A stretch of DNA of 64,000 nt, taken from the NCBI GenBank assembly GCA_001771935.1, contig MERD01000058.1, positions 17,440 to 81,439 on the forward strand, in the 5' to 3' direction. A program made the position numbers and the translations under genes. Below, piece by piece: positions 58,104-64,000 of this stretch; positions within the stretch are counted from its first letter, which is position 1, and the number at the start of each line of letters is the position of its first letter. A model generated the notes under the pieces. It saw nothing but the letters and a program-made list of their open reading frames with translations, made no database searches and had not been told where the DNA came from. This DNA is from Betaproteobacteria bacterium RIFCSPLOWO2_02_FULL_67_26. GTDB taxonomy: Bacteria; Pseudomonadota; Gammaproteobacteria; Burkholderiales; SG8-41.

Positions 58104-58393
58104 GGAAACCCCTTTCGTTATTAACGAATGTGCAATATTGCGCAGGCATGAAGAGCATGGATCATGCCAATCAATTAACGTTTTAAAAACAATTGATTGT
58201 AAAATATGGTGCCAGTCACACATGGCCTATGTGCACCAAAGAAGTGCGCTCGGTAATGCACCCGCACTATTGTTGTGCCCGGCGCGGCGATCAGGACCGA
58301 CACCCCATACCCCACAGGCCATTTCCGTATCGGGACGATTTCGGACCGTGCTTCGAAAAGCTGTAGGAGAATGGCGGCAACCCGTGCAACGAG

Positions 58394-58642
58394 ATGGATA
58401 TGGCCGACAACCGATTGCTCGATGAAATCGACCGGAAATTGAAGGACATCCTTGCCCGCAGCCCGGCGGCGGACCTCGAGAAAAACCTGCGCGCGCTGCT
58501 CGCTTCGGGCTTCAGCCGCCTCGACCTGGTGACCCGTGAGGAATTCGACGTGCAGCGGGAGGTGCTCGCCCGCACGCGCGCGAAGCTCGCCGAGCTCGAG
58601 GCAAAGCTCGCCGAGCTCGAAAAGACGGGCGATCGGGAGTAG
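58394..58642 (+). CDS. ubiK: Ubiquinone biosynthesis accessory factor UbiK (YqiC/BMFP family)
   Basis: A small coiled-coil protein. SRLDLVTREEFDVQREVLARTRAKLAELEAKL matches the family. Confidence 0.8.
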   Translation: MDMADNRLLDEIDRKLKDILARSPAADLEKNLRALLASGFSRLDLVTREEFDVQREVLARTRAKLAELEAKLAELEKTGDRE

Positions 58643-58703
58643 TCCGTTTCCCGGCCTCATCCGTTAATTACGACATCAACCATCGCCTGGAGGGGGCGGT
58701 TCG

Positions 58704-60200
58704 ATGTCGCTTGCCGTTGTTCACAGCCGCGCGCTGGCGGGGATGGATGCGCCGCCGGTCACCGTGGAGGCGCACCTCGCCAACGGGTTGCCGAGCTTCA
58801 CCATCGTCGGGCTGCCTGAAGCCGAGGTGAAGGAGGCCAAGGACCGCGTGCGCGCGGCGCTGCAGAACGCGCGCTTCGAGTTTCCGGCGCGGCGCATCAC
58901 CGTCAACCTCGCGCCCGCCGACCTGCCCAAGGAGTCGGGCCGTTTCGACCTGCCGATCGCGCTCGGTATCCTCGCCGCCTCGGAGCAGTTGCCCGCCGAC
59001 CAGCTTGCCGGGTGCGAGTTCGCCGGGGAGCTGGCGCTGACCGGGGAGCTGCGGCCAATCCGCGGCGCGTTGGCGATGGCGCTGTCGGCGGCGCGCAGCC
59101 GCCGCGCCTTCGTGCTGCCGGAAGCGAACGCGCGCGAGGCGGCGCTGGTCGAGGAAGCCGTGGTCTACGCGGCGCGCTGCCTGCTCGACGTCTGCGGCCA
59201 CCTTGCCGGCCGCGCGCCGCTCGCGCGCTGCGGCGGGCAGGCCGCGGTGAACGGCTCCCGCTATCCCGACCTGCAGGAGGTCAAAGGGCAGCTCCACGCC
59301 AAGAGGGCGCTCGAGATCGCCGCCGCGGGCGGGCACAGCCTGATCATGGTGGGCCCGCCGGGCACCGGAAAGTCCATGCTGGCGGAGCGCCTCCCCGGGA
59401 TCCTGCCGCCGATGACGCGGCAGGACGCGCTTGCCGCCGCCGCGATGCAGTCGCTCGGCAGCGGCGGCTTCGATGTCTCGAACTGGGGGAAGCGCCCGTT
59501 TCGCGCGCCGCACCACACCGCTTCCGCGGTGGCACTGGTGGGGGGCGGCAGCCACCCCCGGCCGGGCGAGATCTCGATGGCGCTGCACGGCGTGCTGTTT
59601 CTCGACGAACTGCCGGAATTCGGCCGCAAGGTGCTGGAAGTGCTGCGCGAGCCGCTCGAGTCGGGGCGCATCAGCGTCTCGCGCGCCGCGCGCCAGGCCG
59701 AGTTTCCCGCCGAGTTCCAGCTGGTGGCGGCGATGAACCCATGCCCCTGCGGCTACCTCGGGCACCCGGACGGCCGCTGCCGCTGCACGCCCGACCAGGT
59801 GCTCCGCTACCGCCGGAAAATCTCCGGGCCGCTGCTCGACCGCATCGACATCCAGATCGAAGTGCCCGCGGTGCCGCCGGACGATCTGTCACGGGTGAAT
59901 GACGGCGAATCGTCCGGCACGATCCGCCAGCGGGTGGAGCAGGCTCGCGAGCGGATGATCGCGCGCCAGGGCAAGGAGAATACACGGCTCGCCACGCGCG
60001 AGATCGACAAGCACTGCGCGCCGGAGGAGGCGGGCGCCACGCTCCTGAAGCAGGCGATCAGCCGGTTGGGGCTGTCCGCGCGCGGCTACCACCGTATCCT
60101 GAAGGTGGCGCGCACCATTGCAGACCTCGCTGCTAGCGAGGGGGTTTCATCGGCGCACGTCGCCGAGGCGATCCAGTATCGTCGTTTTGACCGCCGCTGA
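58704..60200 (+). CDS. comM: YifB/ComM family Mg-chelatase-like AAA+ ATPase
   Basis: N-terminal Lon-protease-like ChlI domain (LPSFTIVGLPEAEVKE), Walker A GPPGTGKS, and the Cys cluster NPCPCGYLGHPDGRCRC. Confidence 0.9.
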   Translation: MSLAVVHSRALAGMDAPPVTVEAHLANGLPSFTIVGLPEAEVKEAKDRVRAALQNARFEFPARRITVNLAPADLPKESGRFDLPIALGILAASEQLPADQLAGCEFAGELALTGELRPIRGALAMALSAARSRRAFVLPEANAREAALVEEAVVYAARCLLDVCGHLAGRAPLARCGGQAAVNGSRYPDLQEVKGQLHAKRALEIAAAGGHSLIMVGPPGTGKSMLAERLPGILPPMTRQDALAAAAMQSLGSGGFDVSNWGKRPFRAPHHTASAVALVGGGSHPRPGEISMALHGVLFLDELPEFGRKVLEVLREPLESGRISVSRAARQAEFPAEFQLVAAMNPCPCGYLGHPDGRCRCTPDQVLRYRRKISGPLLDRIDIQIEVPAVPPDDLSRVNDGESSGTIRQRVEQARERMIARQGKENTRLATREIDKHCAPEEAGATLLKQAISRLGLSARGYHRILKVARTIADLAASEGVSSAHVAEAIQYRRFDRR

Positions 60201-60236
60201 AATCAGTCGCCCCTGATCACCGGGGCCGGCGCTCTC

Positions 60237-61721
60237 CTAGAGCGTGATGTGGATGTTCTTCGATTGCGTGAACGAGAGCAGCTCGTCGTAGCTCTCCTCG
60301 CGCCCGATGCCCGATTGCTTGTAGCCGCCGAAGGAAACGCCGAGGAAGTGCGGGCCGGCGCCGTTCACCCAGATGAACCCCGACTCGATGCGGCCGGCGG
60401 CGCGGTGCGCGGTGGCGAGGCTCGTCGTCCACACCGAGCCGGTCAGGCCGTGCTCGACCGCGTTCACCTGCTCGAACATCTCTTCCTCGTTCTTCCACTT
60501 GAGCACCGACAGCACCGGCCCGAAGATTTCCTCGTTCGCGATGCGCATCTTCTGGGTCACGCCGGTGAACACGGTCGGCTCGACGAAGAACCCGCCCGCG
60601 AGTTTCGGGTCGTCCGGCCGCTTGCCGCCGCAGGCTAGCGCCGCGCCCTCCTTCTTTCCGATCTCGATGTAAGACAGGATCTTTTCCATCTGAGCCCGGG
60701 ACACGATCGCGCCCATCGTGGTGTCCATTTCGGTCGGGATGCCGGGCTTGTGGTTCCCGACGTGCTTCAATACGCCATCGAGGACGCGGTCGTACACCGA
60801 TTCGTGGATGAACAGCCGCGACGTCGAGCCGCACGACTGGCCGCACCAGCTGAAGTTCATGCCGCCCACCGCGCCGCGCGCGGCCTTCTCCAGGTCAGCG
60901 TCCGGGAAAATGATGCAGGCATTCTTGCCGCCCAGCTCCAGCGAGACGTGCTTCAGGCGGTCGGCCGCCGCCCGCGCGACAGCGCGGCCCGTGGGCACGC
61001 TGCCGATCAACGACACCCGCGGCACCTGCGGGTGCGTGACCAGCGCCTCCGATCCCTCCTTGCCGCAGGTGAGTATGTTCAGCACGCCGGGGGGCAGGAT
61101 GCCCTCGGTGAGCTCCATGAAGCGATACGCGGATAGCGGCGCCTGGTACGGCGGCTTCATGATCACGCTGTTGCCGGCGGCGATGGCGGGGGCCGCCTTG
61201 GCCGCGGTGAACATGAGCGGGTGATTGTAGGCGACGATGCGGGCGCAGACGCCGAACGGCTCGCGCACCGACAGGTTGACGACGTCCTCGCCCATCGGGA
61301 TGGTGTCGCCTTTCAGCTCGGTGACGAGGCCGGCGAAGAAATCCCATTGCGCGGCCGCCGTGCCGGCGTCGCGCATCATCTCGCGCGCCGGATTGCCGCA
61401 GTTGGCGGCGTCCAGCATCGCGAGTTCTTCGGCGTTGGCGCGCAGCACCGCCGCGACTTTCTTCATCAGCGCGGCGCGCTCGAGCGGCTTTACCCGGCGC
61501 CACGCTTTGAATGCGCAGTGCGCCGCCTGGACCGCGGCGTCGACATCCTGGGCGTTGGCCTCGGCGCAGGCGCCCAGGCTCTCGCCTGTCGCCGGATTGA
61601 GCGTGTCCTGGTAGCCGCCTCTCGGCTTCTGCCACTTGCCGTCGTAATACAGGTCCCGGTGTTTCGGCAGGATCGGTTCAATCCTGGCGCGCACTTGCGG
61701 CAATTCGACGGGTTGATTCAT
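60237..61721 (-). CDS. NAD(P)-dependent aldehyde dehydrogenase
   Basis: ATG at 61721. Motifs are ELGGKNA, the catalytic Cys region FSWCGQSCGS, and EEIFGPV. The longer ORF-track N-terminus is antisense to the MFS gene and is spurious. Confidence 0.9.
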   Translation of the reverse strand: MNQPVELPQVRARIEPILPKHRDLYYDGKWQKPRGGYQDTLNPATGESLGACAEANAQDVDAAVQAAHCAFKAWRRVKPLERAALMKKVAAVLRANAEELAMLDAANCGNPAREMMRDAGTAAAQWDFFAGLVTELKGDTIPMGEDVVNLSVREPFGVCARIVAYNHPLMFTAAKAAPAIAAGNSVIMKPPYQAPLSAYRFMELTEGILPPGVLNILTCGKEGSEALVTHPQVPRVSLIGSVPTGRAVARAAADRLKHVSLELGGKNACIIFPDADLEKAARGAVGGMNFSWCGQSCGSTSRLFIHESVYDRVLDGVLKHVGNHKPGIPTEMDTTMGAIVSRAQMEKILSYIEIGKKEGAALACGGKRPDDPKLAGGFFVEPTVFTGVTQKMRIANEEIFGPVLSVLKWKNEEEMFEQVNAVEHGLTGSVWTTSLATAHRAAGRIESGFIWVNGAGPHFLGVSFGGYKQSGIGREESYDELLSFTQSKNIHITL

Positions 61722-61778
61722 CGGGCTCCCCTCCGGTTTTGCGGGTTTGAGTGTATCATCCAACGCCGGGATATCGCG

Positions 61779-62987
61779 TTGCAAGAAAGATCCGTTTCCG
61801 CGCCGCTGCTCGCCGTCACGCTTGCCGGGCTGGTGATGCTGGGGCCGTTCTCGGTGGATACCTACCTGCCGTCGTTCCCCGCAATCGGGCGCGAATTCGC
61901 GGTGACGCCGATCGAGCTGCAGCAGACGCTGTCGGCTTATCTCATCGCCTTCGCCGTGATGACGCTGTTCCACGGCGCGCTGTCGGATTCGTTCGGGCGG
62001 CGCCCCGTGATACTCGGTTGCCTCGCGATCTACGTGCTGGGGTCGGTCGGCTGCACTTTCGCCCAGAGCTTTCCCCAGTTGCTGTTCTTTCGCGCCGTGC
62101 AGGGTTTCTCGGCGGGCGTGGGGTGGGTGGTGGGCCGCGCCATCGTCCGCGAAAGCTTTCCCGGCCACGGGGCGCAGCGCCTGCTGTCGCTCATCACCAT
62201 GATCTTCGGGCTCGCGCCGGCGCTGGCGCCGGTGATCGGGGGCTGGCTGCAAGGCGCCTTCGGCTGGCGCGCGGTATTCGCGTTTCTCGCGCTCTACGGC
62301 GCGCTGCAGCTCGCGGTGTGCTGGCTGGCGCTGCCGGAAACGCATCCGCGCGAGGCGCGCCACCCGTTCGCCCCGGCGCCGCTCCTGGCAACCTACCGCA
62401 AGCTCGCGAGCAGCCCGCTGCTGGTGCTGCTGTGCGTCGCGATCGCGTTCAATTTTTCCGGGTTCTTCCTCTACGTCGCCGCGGCGCCCGCCATCATCTA
62501 CGACCTGCTCGGGCTCGGCGAGCACCATTTCCCGGTCCTGTTCGTGCCCGGCATCGCCGGCGTCATGGTCGGCGCCTTCCTCTCCAACCGGATGGCGGGG
62601 CGCGTGTCGCGCCAGCGCACGGTGCAAATCGCCTATTTCGTCATGTTCGGCGCGGCGGCGTTCAACGTCGGCTACCACGCGTTGTTTCCGGCGGCGCTGC
62701 CCTGGACGGTGCTGGCGTACGCGGGCTACGCGGCTGGCGTGGCGCTCGCGGCGCCGAGCGTGCAGCTGCTGGCGCTCGATCTCTTTCCGAAGAACAGCGG
62801 CACGGCCTCGTCGCTGCAGGGCTTCGCGCACGCGATCTTCACCTCGATCACGGCGGGCTTGATCGCGTCCTTCCTCTCGGGCAGCGGGCTCGCCCTCGCG
62901 CTCGGCCAGATCGCACTGCTGACGCTGGGCGTGGCCTGCTGGATCTCGTATCTGCGCCTGGCTTCGAGGAGCGTCGCGCATGCATGA
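61779..62987 (+). CDS. MFS transporter, Bcr/CflA drug-resistance subfamily
   Basis: LGPFSVDTYLPSFPAIGREF and GALSDSFGRRPV are typical of Bcr/CflA. The TTG start at 61779 is uncertain. Confidence 0.8.
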   Translation: MQERSVSAPLLAVTLAGLVMLGPFSVDTYLPSFPAIGREFAVTPIELQQTLSAYLIAFAVMTLFHGALSDSFGRRPVILGCLAIYVLGSVGCTFAQSFPQLLFFRAVQGFSAGVGWVVGRAIVRESFPGHGAQRLLSLITMIFGLAPALAPVIGGWLQGAFGWRAVFAFLALYGALQLAVCWLALPETHPREARHPFAPAPLLATYRKLASSPLLVLLCVAIAFNFSGFFLYVAAAPAIIYDLLGLGEHHFPVLFVPGIAGVMVGAFLSNRMAGRVSRQRTVQIAYFVMFGAAAFNVGYHALFPAALPWTVLAYAGYAAGVALAAPSVQLLALDLFPKNSGTASSLQGFAHAIFTSITAGLIASFLSGSGLALALGQIALLTLGVACWISYLRLASRSVAHA

Positions 62988-64000
62988 GATCGAGAGCTGG
63001 ATCGAGGAGAAACGCTCGGCTTACTTGTACCGGGTCGTGGCCGAGCGCGAGGCCGGCACGCCGCGGCGGGCCTTGTTCGCCGAACTGGCGCAGGAAGCCG
63101 AGAAGCAGGCGGCAATCTGGGAGCGGCTCGCCCGCGCTGGCGGGCGCGCGGTACCGGCGCATTTCGTCCCGGACCTGCGCGCGCGGCTGGTAGCGCGCCT
63201 CGTGCGGCGCTTCGGCGTGCAGCCGCTGCGCGGCATGCTGGCGGCGATGAAGGTGCGGGGCATGTCGGTGTACTCCGGCGCAACGCACGGCCACGCGCTG
63301 CCACGCTCGGTGGAGGAGGTCGGCGGCCGCCACCGCGGCGTGGGGAGCGCGGGCAATCTCCGCGCCGCGGTGTTTGGCGTCAACGACGGCCTGATCTCCA
63401 ACGCGAGCCTCATCATGGGCATCGCCGGAGCGACCGCCGACAACCAGATCGTCCTGCTCTCCGGCGCCGCGGGCCTGATCGCGGGCGCATTCTCGATGGC
63501 GGCGGGCGAGTATGTCTCGGTGCGCTCGCAGCGCGAGATGTACGAGTACCAGATCGGGCTCGAGCGCGAGGAACTGGAGCAGTACCCGGAGGCGGAGGCC
63601 GAGGAGCTGGCGCTGATCTATGAAGCGCGGGGGCAGCCGCGCGAAACGGCGGTTTCGATGGCGAAGAGCCTGATCGGCGACCCGGAACAGGCGCTGGCGA
63701 CACTCGCGCGCGAGGAACTGGGCCTCAATCCGGAGGACCTCGGCTCGCCGTGGGGCGCGGCCCTGTTTTCGTTCTTTTCGTTCGCGCTCGGCGCGTCCAT
63801 TCCGCTGGCGCCGTTCCTGTTCGCGGCCGGCGCCGCCAGCCTCGCCGCCGCCGTCGCGGCAACGGGTATCGCGTTGTTCGTCGTGGGCGCGACGCTCTCG
63901 CTCTTCACCGGCCGCAGCGCGCTCGCCGGCGGCGCGCGCATGCTCGCCATCGGCGCGGCCGCGGGCGGGTTCACCTACCTGATCGGGAAGCTCCTCGGCG
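62980..64000 (+). CDS. VIT1/CCC1 family iron/manganese transporter with an N-terminal cytoplasmic helical (ferritin-like?) domain; the 3' end is outside the window
   Basis: My own translation from ATG 62980 gives MHEIESWIEEKRSAYLYRVVAERE..., then the VIT motifs AAVFGVNDGLISN and SMAAGEYVSVRSQ. The frame is still open at 64000. It overlaps the MFS stop by 8 nt. Confidence 0.75.
   Translation, partial: MHEIESWIEEKRSAYLYRVVAEREAGTPRRALFAELAQEAEKQAAIWERLARAGGRAVPAHFVPDLRARLVARLVRRFGVQPLRGMLAAMKVRGMSVYSGATHGHALPRSVEEVGGRHRGVGSAGNLRAAVFGVNDGLISNASLIMGIAGATADNQIVLLSGAAGLIAGAFSMAAGEYVSVRSQREMYEYQIGLEREELEQYPEAEAEELALIYEARGQPRETAVSMAKSLIGDPEQALATLAREELGLNPEDLGSPWGAALFSFFSFALGASIPLAPFLFAAGAASLAAAVAATGIALFVVGATLSLFTGRSALAGGARMLAIGAAAGGFTYLIGKLLG

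Noticed and set aside
58118-58140. A possible sigma54 promoter (CTGCGCAATATTGCA on the minus strand) lies upstream of the porin gene.
   Set aside because: It lacks the GG of the -24 element, and its spacing is one nucleotide short of the GG-N10-GC rule.
61722-62981. The N-terminal 420 aa of ORF 60237..62981, which would extend the aldehyde dehydrogenase.
   Set aside because: The dehydrogenase has its own ATG at 61721 with a normal family N-terminus. The extension is antisense to the MFS transporter gene and is Arg-rich nonsense.

Overview
This is a high-GC chromosomal segment. Its gene content and synteny look betaproteobacterial, but that is an inference and no species is claimed. About 60 protein genes are supported. 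They include ttcA (5' partial), mgtE, the SAM-cycle block metK / SAH riboswitch-ahcY-metF, two lipid A acyltransferases, dapF-DUF484-xerC, rlmI and yidD. A zinc cluster follows (zur, ZIP transporter, ABC ATPase, FtsX-type permease, small Cys-rich protein, DUF3299, tonB). After it come rlpA-rodA-mrdA-mreDCB, gatCAB, pyrE, xthA, ampG, metXW and an incomplete PTS (EIIA-Man, HPr, EI). The window ends with crp-family, gshB, gshA, amtB-glnK-porin, ubiK, comM/yifB, an aldehyde dehydrogenase, a Bcr-type MFS gene and a 3'-partial VIT-family gene. I found no rRNA, tRNA, CRISPR array, transposase or phage integrase; xerC is the only recombinase. Six observations deserve a second look. (1) A 72-nt copy of the metF 3' end lies 11 kb from the intact metF. 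The two copies are direct repeats bracketing an integrase-less block made only of c-di-GMP signalling genes, including an outer-membrane barrel + small periplasmic PBP-like protein + membrane GGDEF trio. (2) A family of period-7 tandem repeats sits at gene ends, each unit carrying TGA, so stops fall in all three frames. (3) A dispersed palindromic element is built from AAGGCAC-type heptamers. (4) About 0.9 kb of low-GC sequence sits inside the otherwise high-GC gatB. (5) A Cro/YdaS-like HTH ORF runs without a stop into a class V aminotransferase. (6) An unclassified terminator-containing leader precedes metX. All protein calls rest on motifs read by eye in the supplied translations. Start codons are best guesses, and no database search was run.
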